Of a DNA stretch of 57,326 nt, positions 1-11,878 are shown in pieces; position 1 is the stretch's first letter; each line of letters opens with the position of its first letter. Both the position numbers and the translations under genes were made by a program. Under the pieces are notes generated by a model. It searched no databases. It saw nothing but the letters and a program-made list of their open reading frames with translations, and was not told the origin of the DNA. Origin of the DNA: Parasitella parasitica NRRL 2501 (Eukaryota > Fungi > Mucoromycota); assembly GCA_025201805.1 (NCBI GenBank), contig MU619295.1:54760-112085 (forward strand). The letters are read 5' to 3'.

Positions 1-268
1 GCTGCTGAAGTACTAGCTTGGCGACTTTTCTTTGCATTCCTTTTTGCTGTTATTAAAGCAGGAGAGTCCTTCCTCTTGGTAGCTTTATATGCATTAGCCT
101 GTAAAACCTTGGAATCACATTAAGTGTTTCTTTTTACTTACATGTTCTTTTTGGGGTCTGAGTGGTAGAGTTTCCCCTCTTGTTATCAGATTCGACCTCC
201 TGTAGCTTTGTACGTTTCTTGAGGATGACGAACTTCTCCACTTCAGGGTAAATAGGTATGTGTGGCAT
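1..268 (-). CDS. 5' part of a hypothetical basic/low-complexity protein gene running off the left edge
   Basis: ATG at 268 (MPHIPIYPEVEKFVILKKR...), GTAAGT donor at 141, GCTAAT branch point, AAG acceptor at 83; frame stays open to position 1. Confidence 0.55.
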
Positions 269-401
269 TGGTTAATTGAAAAGAAGTAAAAAGAGTTCAA
301 GACAACATTTGTCTGTCAACTAGATCAAACCTTGTCAACCCGATCGAGAGATCCGAAAGAGAATGCACAAATGGATCCCACCTGTTGATATATTCTCTAA
401 T

Positions 402-1026
402 NNNNNNNNNNNNNNNNNNNNNNNNNNNNNNNNNNNNNNNNNNNNNNNNNNNNNNNNNNNNNNNNNNNNNNNNNNNNNNNNNNNNNNNNNNNNNNNNNNN
501 NNNNNNNNNNNNNNNNNNNNNNNNNNNNNNNNNNNNNNNNNNNNNNNNNNNNNNNNNNNNNNNNNNNNNNNNNNNNNNNNNNNNNNNNNNNNNNNNNNNN
601 NNNNNNNNNNNNNNNNNNNNNNNNNNNNNNNNNNNNNNNNNNNNNNNNNNNNNNNNNNNNNNNNNNNNNNNNNNNNNNNNNNNNNNNNNNNNNNNNNNNN
701 NNNNNNNNNNNNNNNNNNNNNNNNNNNNNNNNNNNNNNNNNNNNNNNNNNNNNNNNNNNNNNNNNNNNNNNNNNNNNNNNNNNNNNNNNNNNNNNNNNNN
801 NNNNNNNNNNNNNNNNNNNNNNNNNNNNNNNNNNNNNNNNNNNNNNNNNNNNNNNNNNNNNNNNNNNNNNNNNNNNNNNNNNNNNNNNNNNNNNNNNNNN
901 NNNNNNNNNNNNNNNNNNNNNNNNNNNNNNNNNNNNNNNNNNNNNNNNNNNNNNNNNNNNNNNNNNNNNNNNNNNNNNNNNNNNNNNNNNNNNNNNNNNN
1001 NNNNNNNNNNNNNNNNNNNNNNNNNN
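402..1026. other. Assembly gap (N run)
   Basis: Continuous Ns. Confidence 0.99.
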
Positions 1027-1121
1027 TTCATGTTGATGTCCCACTTTCATATTAACGTCCCATTTTCGTATTCGTGGCCCATTTTCCTAGTAGTGGCCCA
1101 TTTTTGTAATCGTGTCCCAAC
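1027..1121 (+). repeat. Degenerate 19-bp tandem array, 5 units, abutting the gap
   Basis: G(T/G)CCCA core at 1038, 1057, 1076, 1095, 1114, exactly 19 bp apart. Confidence 0.8.
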
Positions 1122-1546
1122 TCAATTTGCTCATTTCTTCGAAAGAAATCGACTAAACAAATCATCAGTTAATGCTGGAGATATTTTTTTATGTCGTTTT
1201 GTGTGCTGAGAAAAAAGATCAACAAAAAAGACCATTACTTTCTCGCGTAACACTTAATATCCTTCACAAGCAATGTAGCAGACCACATTATTACTTAGAA
1301 TTTTTGCGTTTGTCGATATTAACAACCGTGTTTCAATTTTTCTCCCTAGCTGTGCATACAAATTTAATATTTTGATGATCAGCATCAAATGCTGTTACGG
1401 TATATTGTATTTATAAGGAAGGTTCCTCTTATGTATTACAGAGCGGATATGCTTCCGACTTTCTTCAATAGTCAATCACAGCAACAAGTGTGTTTAGTAG
1501 CCTCCCCTTTCTTTTCAACAATCTTATATATCTATTTTGCAGTAAA

Positions 1547-3026
1547 ATGTCAGAGAATCTTCCCTGGGACCATGATAAACCGTTGAGTATCTCTCAGCTC
1601 TTGAAGCAGGTAAGTCGTATGTTTGAATTATGCGAGTTTTTGTCATTTAATCAACGCGTTCATTTGATTACAAGTCGATGCGATCTGTTGATACCATCGT
1701 TTCCAGTAATTCCTTGCTTGACAAGATGTCTGTCCATTTAAACGGTCTCTTACGTCAAGATGAAGAGCCAAAAGTTGACAAGGCTGTCATGTTACTCGAC
1801 AGCATGTTTGCCAATGCAGACAGAGCAATGTCTACTGATAGCGATAAGCAAGTTCTCGCCGTTTTGAAACGTCAGGTGTCTAGTTTTATCGGTGTTACAT
1901 TGGGCGTCAAGCCATTTTTAGAGCAGCATGAGCAACAACTTCAAGACGAGGACGTTGACGATGATGATAGTAAATCAAATAAGCTTTCTTGGTCTGCAGC
2001 AAATGAAAAGGAATCAAAGTGTGCATGGCACGAAAAGAAAGCTTATTATGACCAAAGAAACGGCGATATATACAGTCCTGAGCATGCTGAACACGAGCGA
2101 CTTCGCCGCCAACAGTTAGAAGAAGAGCAATTTGGACAAGATGCCGGTAGTGGTGAAGAAGAAAACGACCAAGAAGGCTCGGATGAGGATGATTCAGACG
2201 AATATGAGGAAGTTGTGGAGCAGGTTCAAATTAAATCTCGTGAGATTGGGGGCGCTGGAGGGTTCCAAACAGTGCGTCGTCGCCAAAAGAAGAAGAAGAC
2301 CACAACCACTATCACTACCAACTTTAGCTACAGCCATTCTAGCAATAACTATGACAACAACAGTGCTCAAAACAACCATAACAACAGACCTTACTATCCT
2401 CGTCATCATGCTCGTCTTACAGAATTTCGTCCTGAATACTTGCAGCGTGTGTCTGCTGATACTTTTTGTATGCCTTACTTTTTCCCTTCTGAGGAAAGCT
2501 ATGGCGTTTTCCATGCTGCATTATCGTCGGCCAAAGAAACTTTGTATGTCTGCGTCTTTTCCTTGACAGATAACGAGACTGCCGATGTGTTGATTGATGC
2601 CAAGAAACGAGGCGTCGATGTCAAAGTCATTACCGATAATGACCAAATGGATGAGTGCAAGGGTGCTGATGCCCTCAGGCTTCATGAACAGTTTCATATC
2701 CCTTTCAAGAAGGACAACAGGTAAATAATAGGCAGAGATATAAAGTTGATCTTTTTTTTTCTAAGGAGAAAACAATAACGCGTGCTGTAGTGATCAATTT
2801 ATGCATAACAAGTTTGCAGTTATTGATGGAAAAATCGTCATTACTGGTAGTTTCAATTGGTCTGCAGGGTAAGAGAATATATTGGATAAGAGGCCATATT
2901 GTATATAACGCATTCATGTATTATAGCGCTCGTTACAAGAACAGAGAGAACATTATTGTTACAAATATCCCATCTGTAGTCAACTCTTACACTCAAGAGT
3001 TTAAAGAGTTGTGGAGCTCATTCTAA
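1547..3026 (+). CDS. Single-HKD phospholipase D/nuclease (PLD6/MitoPLD/Zucchini-like) with long acidic N-terminal region; 4 exons
   Basis: Exons 1547-1609, 1675-2720, 2791-2868, 2927-3026 join in frame; YVCVFSLTD..AKKRGVDVKVITDND, MHNKFAVIDGK (HxKxxxxD), GSFNWS, NRENI. Confidence 0.88.
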
Positions 3027-3368
3027 CGGGCATTAGCAGTTTTTTTTAGTTATATTTTTGTGTCTTTTAGAAAATTAAATTCTCCTGTAGAACAAAGTAT
3101 CTTATGCCAGGGCTTCATACATTGTTTGAAACTGATTTGGCCGGAGAGACTTCACATTTATATGCAAACTAAAATTATGCAATCGAATTATTGTGCATAA
3201 AACAAAAGGCATAGGTTCAACGTAACTAATTTAAATTAGTGATTTAACCTTTTAGCATACATCAAATATAATATTTGATGGTTTCATAACATAGGACCAT
3301 CCTTTTTGAAAGGCCTCTTTGTGGAGCCAACATCCACACTCCTCATCTTGAATATTGACCCCCCCCCA

Positions 3369-3923
3369 AAGAAGAAGCTTGATGAAATCATGTTTAATCA
3401 TTCACAGCACGTTTATTTGCTAGGCCGTGTTGTCAGCCAAGACCAGTTTCCAAATGGAAAATTAACAATGGAGACTATTTCTTGATATCTATCTTGCATG
3501 ATATTGGCGTTGCACCTACATATCGCCTGACCACCTCTATGTCATATCGAATTGAAAGATGCATTGATCAGCCATAACTTTATCACTGAAAAGAGCGGTT
3601 CACAAGCAATAGTTGAGGTCGTGGCAGAAGCAATCCACCGACATACAGACGTTGTAGATGATAGAATACAACCTCTCGGACAACTTATTCAGCTAGCAAC
3701 AACCTTAGTTGTCATTTGGAGCTAACCTAGACTTATACAACAAGGATACAATTGATGATATCGTTCGACAATGGCCACGAAAAACTATAATAACCATTTT
3801 GCAGACTTAATAGGGTTGGAGATGAAGTATGAACCGGGAAGCCATACAACTTTCCCTGAATGTAGTAACTTTATACACAGCATTAGGCATAATGCTGTAA
3901 TGGCTGAGTATGATAGCAAATAA
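3369..3923 (+). pseudogene. Cyanamide hydratase (HD-domain, DDI2/DDI3-like) pseudogene
   Basis: Across four frameshifts (~3454, ~3548, ~3717, ~3784) reads FNHSQHVY-DQFP/W-ILHDIG-TTSMS/E-AEAIHRH-LGQLIQLATTL/GANLDL-DTI-QWPR/-EPGSHT, collinear with yeast Ddi2; no start codon seen. Confidence 0.85.
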
Positions 3924-5129
3924 AATTTAAACAAGCACTCTTAGGCATTATCTAAATATAGTCGATATGTTGCGTATTTGATTGGAAACGAACATTTATT
4001 GTGATATTATGCGTTTTAAAAATAAACACATGATGATGTTGTGTAGCAAAAAATATGAGATTTCTAACAGCAATACATAACACCGTTCTAATATGCACGT
4101 ATTTCCTTTTGTTTTTTAAACGACAAAAGTCGATGACAAACTTATTTTCAGACGTTTACAAAAGGAAATTCAGAGAATTCCCTTTGCAGAAAATTTCTTA
4201 CTCCAAAATGATATCGATGTCGATTTTGTTGCATTACATCTGTCAACGGTCGATGAGTTTCCTCAGACTAGTGTGTAAATGAAGAGAAAGATCTTTAATC
4301 CATTTCTTAAAAGCGTAAAGTAAATGAAAATTGCAACATCGTCAACATCATCAACACACAAAAAAGAGTTTGGGTATTGTTGTGAGGGCTCAGTTACGGG
4401 ATATGAATTTACTTGTACTCTCAGCTATAACTATTCCGATACGTCAAGTAGCTATTACTTTGATACTGCTTCTTGATGGCATTGGAAAGTAAGACAGAAA
4501 AATGTAACTTCGAAAGAGAAAAAGAACCCATTACTACTTATTCTTGTGGCTCCTCTCTACAATATGAAGGAATTGATTTTTTATGATAAAATATTGGAGT
4601 AATCTGACTGAAAACGTGTCCAAGAATCGCTGATTTTTTATGTTAACGGTGCTGATAGTGATTGGGGATCATTTTTTACTTTGTGGTATATATTCTTCAA
4701 ACTATGACCATTTGGGTACTCATTAAATAGGTCCTTCTTCTTTCCTTTTTCCCAATAGACAAAAAAATTCATTCGACCTTTGTTATTCTGCTTCCAAGCA
4801 TCGATAAGTACAATCAAATTTTTGTATTTGGAATTTATAGATCTAGAAGCGCCGTCAAAGTCCTTAGGAGGCTCCATTGGTGTTATTACTTCCTGAGAAT
4901 TAGTTCAATAAGAATAACGATTATCTCCAAAGACAATTAAATAAAGGGACTACAAGCGATTATATCACGGAGAACGTAGGGACTTTATTAATGATTGAAA
5001 AAGGAAGCCAGGATTGCTCTGGTCCAGGTTTCTAAAAGTGTTTATACCATTCCATTTAAATGTCATTGTCAATATTGGAATTGAGATGAGATCCAACCTC
5101 TAGTTAATAGGTAAGACTCGCGCGCTTAG

Positions 5130-6100
5130 TTGGGGTTGTCGAAAACGATCGTCTCTACCTCCCTGTCATTTTTGACCATTTCCATTGCGACCAAGTGCAG
5201 TTTTGTAACCCGCACTACAAATACGTTAACTATCAGCCAAAACAAATGTATTCATCGTATCTTTGGCGGACCGCGCTCTTCCTCTATAAAAGTGATGTTA
5301 AATTTCACTAAGTTGCCCACAAGAATAGAAAGAGCACAACCGCTTCAAGCACAGTTCCTTCTGTACTCCTCAAATCTTTCTCTCGATACGCCACTATCTC
5401 ATATGATTTCCCATATACGACTTTCCTCAAGTAACTCCAACTGGCATCACCTCTCCTAGTCCCTTCTCTGGCGTCAATGTTAACCCATAGTAGATTCTAC
5501 CACCCGACAAATGTCACTCAACTCTGCAATGAGATACTTGAAAAACACAGAGCATCCCCTACACATACCCTCCTTACACATTGCCGTCCAACAATCTGTA
5601 TTGACCCTATTCTATGGCTCCCGATGCCCCAAGATGAACGTAGTCGTTACCTACACCGGCGCCTTGGGTGACTACCATCAGGTAACTCTACATTTTGTCC
5701 ATTACACACAAACCGCTCATTACCAAAAACCCACGCTATCCAATGCCTACGAATGCACCGCCGCCAGATGATGCCTGAAGTTATCAAAGAACCACTTTTG
5801 TTCCTTCTCAGCTGGCCTACCATCTGTACAACCCTCTTCGAACTTGACTAATATCTCCAACATTCGAAGATCCCGCCACCTCCAGCCCTCTTATTCCGGG
5901 CATAGATTCCTTGATTGGTTTCCCTCTTCCCCGCCTACTTGGTGTATCAACACTCTCCTCATATACACCTGCCATTCCTTTTTACCTTCCATCCCAAAGG
6001 GTTTTTGGACTCTGATTACACTCTTTGATCTGTCCTGGGCAATTATACATCCAATTGGATTGGGTGCTCATCAAGGACTTTCTTTTTATAAATAAAACTA
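5130..6100 (+). mobile_element. Degenerate 3' fragment of a non-LTR (LINE-like) retrotransposon
   Basis: Broken frames QNKCIHRIFGG..SSIKVML..TKLPT..ERA..LQAQFL and RPTICIDPILWLPM..ERSR resemble the post-RT region of abundant Mucorales LINE ORFs; stops and frameshifts; AATAAA near the end. Confidence 0.7.
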
Positions 6101-6357
6101 TATCAAACGTATAACTATATGCAAGTTTGAAGTGATCATATGCATATACCTAAAAGTGGCTTGAATATAGTTGGATTTACGAAATCATTTCATTGTTAGT
6201 GTTATATCGGTGCAGCGATCCGAAAAGGAGCGAAAATGTGCCTGAAGAAATTTAATCAGCAGACTTTTTCTTTTTTCCACATAAAACCAAACTCAATTTA
6301 TTTACAACAGGCACTCTTCTTCTTCTCTACATATTACTCATCTATTTGCCATCTTGA

Positions 6358-8045
6358 ATGACACCTCATCCCATCGGCATTACGCCAAAGCAACTTTATT
6401 TCGCTCACAAACAAAACCATGTTTTACCCACAAAGCAACACTGCTTGAGAGTCAAGAAACTAATCAATATGGATGGCCCGCTTGTGATTTACATCAAAGG
6501 CAAAGACGATAAAACACGAGATAATACGGACGTCGATTTGGAATTTCGTCAAGAAAGCAATTTTTTCTATTTAACAGGTAATATGGAGACTAATTGAGTG
6601 TAATTTATCGCTCACATGCCCATGTTGTAAACTAGGCGTGGATGAACCCGGATATCAGGTTGTTTTTGATATGGAGTCAGAAAGAGTGTACCTAATTACA
6701 CCCAATGTACCTGAAAATGATGTTTTTTGGAAAGGACCGAATCATGGCACAGCTGAATTGATGGAATTATACAATGTAGACGAAATAGTTCAACAGGAAG
6801 ACTTGCCGAGATTATTTCACACATTGGCGCCAAAATCAACTTTTGTATTAGATGATCAGCAAGCAGAATACCTGAAGAGCATCATCCCATCCTTAAGTGT
6901 TGACACACAATTGCTTACACCTGCGATACACGAGTCAAGACTTACCAAATTTCCTTGGGAAATTGAGATTATACGTCAAGTCATGTATGCATCATCGCAA
7001 TCACACATCACCCTTATGCAACAGTTCAAATCTGGCATGACAGAGGCTCATCTTGCTGCTTTGTTTCGTTGGACATGTGCCTCACATCAAATATACAACC
7101 AAGCATATCTTCCAATCGTCGCCTCTGGCCCTCGAGCTGCTACATTGCATTATTCCAAAAACAATCAAAAGATACCTGCCGAGCCTCATTCTCTCGTGCT
7201 TGTGGATGCTGGTGGTGAAAAATCATGCTATGGTAGTGATATCACTCGAACTTTTCCTGCAAGGGGTATATTTTCTGAAGAAGCCAAGACTATTTATAAT
7301 ATAGTTTTAAAGATGCAAAAGGCAATCTTGGGAAATTATTTTGTTTCATATGTATACAGTCGTGGCTAATCCTCGTATTTTGTAGGCTGTGCTATCAAGC
7401 TTGAAGCCTGGCGTGTTTTGGGCAGACATGCAATGTTTAGCTATGAGAATATTATGCGACGAACTGATAAAAATTGGTATATTAATCGGCGATCGGGAAG
7501 AATTAATTCAAAGAGGCGTACCCAGTGCTTTCTATTATCATGGTAAGTTTCTTCCAACAATGAATTGACATGGAGTTGGATCGTTTGTGTCACCCATCCT
7601 GTATTACTCAACACGTTTGTCCAAATGTTAGGTCTCGGTCATAGTTTGGGTTTAGATGTACATGATGTTGGAGGGTATGAATTTCGTTGTCTCTATCCTA
7701 TTCCTATGTTTATATTTCTTTAAATATAGAAAGGACAAATGCCCAATTGATCAAGAAGAAGATGATGACCCTACAGCGACAGAGTTTCTTGCTGGAAGAG
7801 CACTAGCGGAAAATATGGTTTTAACAGTAGAGCCTGGGTTATATTTCAATGATGCTATGTTGAACATTTGGACACAGTTCCCTGGATATCAGCAATACTT
7901 TGACCTTGACGTATTAGCCAAATATAGGGAGGTCGGTGGTGTTCGTATTGAGGACACTGTTGTAATTACTGAGGATGGGTACGAAAATCTAACTTTTGTA
8001 CCGAAGGAAATATACGAGATCGAAGAGTTGATGAATGCAAATTAG
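6358..8045 (+). CDS. PEPD: Xaa-Pro dipeptidase/aminopeptidase P (peptidase M24B), 5 exons
   Basis: FRQESNFFYLTG, LVDAGGE..YGSDITRTFP, HGLGHSLGLDVHDVG, LTVEPGLYF, GGVRIED metal-binding motifs. Confidence 0.9.
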
Positions 8046-9004
8046 CTACATATAAAAGAAAAAAAGTATCTCTTCTATATTATGAATATAATAAGTTCAT
8101 ATGTAAATTTTATAAATAATTTCGTAATGCTTAATTAATAAATCTCCCTCCCCTTCCCCTTTCTGTCTTTTTTTTTTTTAATAACCCCCCTCTTAGATAT
8201 AATACTAACACATAATCAATAGTCTTTAATATCATACTCTAAGAGCATTTGAGGCTTCCGATTTATAGGTTTGTATAAACATGTACTAGAAGTAAACTTG
8301 GGGCACTATCGATCACATAGTACCATGTGTTGTGCCAGTGTAAAAGGGCACAGCGAAATGTTGCATAAATGCTATATGAAAGAAGTTATAAAGACTTTTT
8401 CTGAGTGAAACCGGATACAAAATTGGAAGACTTTTATTGACATAAGATATGATCTTTACTTATACTAAAATATATCCCAAAGATGTTTGACGAGAAGTGT
8501 CAAACCTTATCAAATCACAGCATTTTCAGGACAGACCTATCCTTCTATTTCACATTAAAGAGAAGATTGGGTAGGATGTCTTCCCGACATCCGCGATCTG
8601 ATCTTGATGTAATCTCTGAATAAGCCTAAAATCTTGCAACAGTTTCAATTAAAACTTGTAGCTTATTCCTTGTCATTATATACAAAGAATTGCCAACCTA
8701 ATAATTGCTTAATCTCATGCCTTTCTGGCATAACAATGTAGCCTTTATACGGATACGGTTTATAGATGTGAGAATCACAAATATTTCTATCTCATGTTTC
8801 AGACGCAGATTGGGAAACTTTGATTCCAATTAAATTCAAGTTTCCCAAGGCATGTATTTCATTTGAAAAAACATAATTAGTAAAAACATTTTCAGTTAGT
8901 AATCAGATCAAGAAGAGAGGTATCAGATGAATCCACACTTAAAGGGCACTTGAAACTCAGTAATTCGCAAAATACCAAGTAGATGAACAGACACGTTATT
9001 GTTT

Positions 9005-9006
<2 letters not shown>

Positions 9007-9094
<88 letters not shown>
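9007..9094 (+). repeat. Poly(T) tract immediately upstream of the pantothenate kinase ATG
   Basis: About 88 nt of T with one A at 9051. Confidence 0.9.
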
Positions 9095-9095
<1 letters not shown>

Positions 9096-9101
9096 TAAGC
9101 A

Positions 9102-10661
9102 ATGAACGACAACGCTTCTGTAATGAATGTAGACGGTGCCTCAGTATCAGAAGCTATTTTGGCAGCAAATGAAACGAGAGATATTGTTTTACCTAATCAA
9201 AACGAACATGTAGCTCATATAGCAGTTGATGTAAGCTTTGTTGTTCTTTAAGATGTTTTACGAAGCTTGTAAAATGTTAATTGTGCCAATAGATTGGTGG
9301 CTCATTAGCAAAGATTGTCTATTTTACGTCATCTCCAGATAGAGCAGGCGGAAGACTTCATTTTAAAAAGATAGAAACCGAAAACATAGACGAATGCATT
9401 GATTTTATTGCTGATCTTGTTGCGGATGCACGGGTATTAACACCCGAGAATACAAATTATGTGTTAAAGGCAACAGGAGGTGGCGCGTACTTGTTTTTTG
9501 ATAAATTTCAAGAGAGACTACCAGGTGTAGTTATTCAGAAAGAGGATGAAATGGATTGTTTGATCAATGGTAAGTAACACCATGCAACTTGCGCCATCCT
9601 CCTTTATTTACATTTTTAATGATTGGCATTAATATTTAGGCCTCAACTTTTTCATCACTGAGATTCCATATGAAGTATTCACATATAACGAACAAGAGAC
9701 AGATCCGATGAGTTTCGAAGAGAAAACAAGAGATATTTACCCTTATATGGTATATATATAGCGCAATCACATAAAATTATGTATTGATGTATTATTATTT
9801 TTAGCTGGTAAACATTGGATCAGGTGTGAGGTAGAATAAATTGTTTATAAATGTTTTGCATGTGATTAACAAGAAAACCTGATAGTATCTTGAAGGTGAC
9901 AGGTCCCGATGAGTTTTCTCGTATCAGTGGTACATCTGCAAGTATATACAATGAAAAATAATCAATGCCTCTTTTAACATAACTTTTGGATTTTTTCTAG
10001 CTTGGCGGAGGTACGCTTTGGGGTCTCATGTCATTACTGACAAAAGCAACATCCTTTGATGGTAAGTCATAGATAAACTATTTATTCAATCATGCATAAA
10101 TAAGCGAGATATTTTACAGAAATGCTGGAAATTTCAAAAGATGGAGATAATAAAAATGTAGATCTGCTAGTGGGTGATATCTATGGTACAGATTATACAA
10201 AACTGGGGCTCAAAGCTACCAAGATTGCCTCTAGTTTTGGCAAGGTATTTAAAAAGGGAGTCCAGCAATCTCAGGATGACTTTCATGCGTGTGATATTGC
10301 AAAGAGTTTGCTGTTTATGGTCAGTAACAATATTGGACAAATTGCTTACCTGAATGCCAAACAGCATAATCTGAAACGCATATATTTTGGAGGATGTTTT
10401 ATTCGCGGACACCCGATAACGATGAACACACTTTCATACGCCATCAATTTTTGGTCAAATGGAGACATGAAGGCACTATTTCTAAGGCATGAAGGACATT
10501 TAGGAGCAACCGGGGCATTTCTCAAGCATTCAGTCATTCGTAGAGCTAGACACTCATTCTCATTCTCAGAAAATAACTTTATACCTCAAGTAAATTCTGA
10601 TCCAAAAAATGTGTTTGGAGTATTGGAGGACACCAACGTAGAGCTACGCTCAGATAAATAA
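9102..10661 (+). CDS. CAB1: Type II (fumble) pantothenate kinase, 7 exons
   Basis: AVDIGGSLAK, ATGGGA, EDEMDCL, LVNIGSGVSILKV, GTSLGGGTLWGL, VDLLVGDIYG, FLRHEGHLGA. Confidence 0.93.
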
Positions 10662-10775
10662 AGACGCACCAATCAAACTATTTGTGCCTGGCACAGTTGC
10701 CCTTTTTAATCCTTGGCTGCTAATATTACCATACACAATTTCTTTTTTTCCCTTTTTATAACAAAATAAACAGCA

Positions 10776-11878
10776 ATGTCTTTTAATGATTTGGAGCAGG
10801 GTTTCGGTGTATCCAGTTCGGCAAGAACTAGAGTACAGCAAGCGGGTAAACCCCAGCAAGGATGTGCAAAGTAAAGTATTCAAACTTATTTGTTTCAAAT
10901 AGAGGGAACAGATAGCGACTACAAAACTCTCACTCAAAACGTGGCCCAACAAGTATTCCATATCAATGGAAATATCACAAGCATTGAGAGATTAGTTGGA
11001 TTTTTGGGTACCTCAAGAGATACACCAGACATCAGAAACAAACTGCAAGTATTTTTGCTGTTGTGTTCATAATTATGTTATTCCAACTCTTTTCTTTTCC
11101 GCTTTAGACATGACGTAACAGAGGGCACAAGAGAGTTGATAAAGGATACAACATTTAATATCAAATCATTGACTCAATATACAACTTCGGATCCCAAAAA
11201 AACGGTGAGTAGTAGGAATCTTTGAGCTAAAGTGTACATTTTTAATGATAGCCTACGATTTTAGCGCCAAAGAAAACTCGAACAACAAAAGCTATCCAAG
11301 GATTTCCAAAAAGTAGTAGAGGAATTTCAGAAGATTCAAAGGATATCAGTCTCCAAGCAGAGAGAATATGTAGATAAAAAGAAAGCAACTACAGCAGCAC
11401 TTCAAACACAAGTAGAAGAAGAGCAAGAAAGAGGAGATCCAGCATTGCAAGAACAGCAACAATTACTGCAGGCCGATGATACACAAAGACGCATTCAAAT
11501 TGAGGCTTTGGACAATGAAATCGAATACAATGAGACATTGATCTCTGAACGTGAGGGGGAAATCCAAGGCATAGAACAAGGTATCACTGAGTTGAACGAG
11601 ATTTTCCGTGACCTGGGTATGCTTGTGAATGAACAAGAAAGCGGTATCCGTAAGTGTACATGTCCAAATAATGCATCGAGCGGTTTATTTATTTGTTTAC
11701 AATAGAGAGCATCTATGGAAACGTTTTGAATATATCTCAAAACACAAAGCAGGCTACAGAGGAAATAACTATTGCAAATCGCCATCAGAAGAAAGCCAGA
11801 AAGAACATGTGTTGTCTTTTGCTTATTATTACCATCGTTGGCTGTGTTTTGGCCTTAATCGTTGTAGTTGCTAAATAA
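10776..11878 (+). CDS. Endosomal/vacuolar Qa-SNARE syntaxin (Pep12/Vam3/STX7-12 type), 5 exons
   Basis: MSFNDLEQG start, LGTSRDT, SNARE motif ISEREGEIQGIEQGITELNEIFRDLGMLVNEQ, C-terminal TM helix. Confidence 0.9.

Noticed and set aside
1027-1121. CRISPR-like reading of the 19-bp array
   Set aside because: Units too short, no repeat-spacer structure, no cas genes, eukaryotic context
297-1209. Long ORFs of 217-274 aa in the track
   Set aside because: Artefacts of translating the N gap
4325-4877. Short ORFs between the pseudogene and the LINE remnant
   Set aside because: No recognisable motif or splice structure; probably decayed repeat
8555-8575. AGAGAAGATT resembling U6 snRNA
   Set aside because: Lacks ACAGAGA box context and downstream AGCATGG
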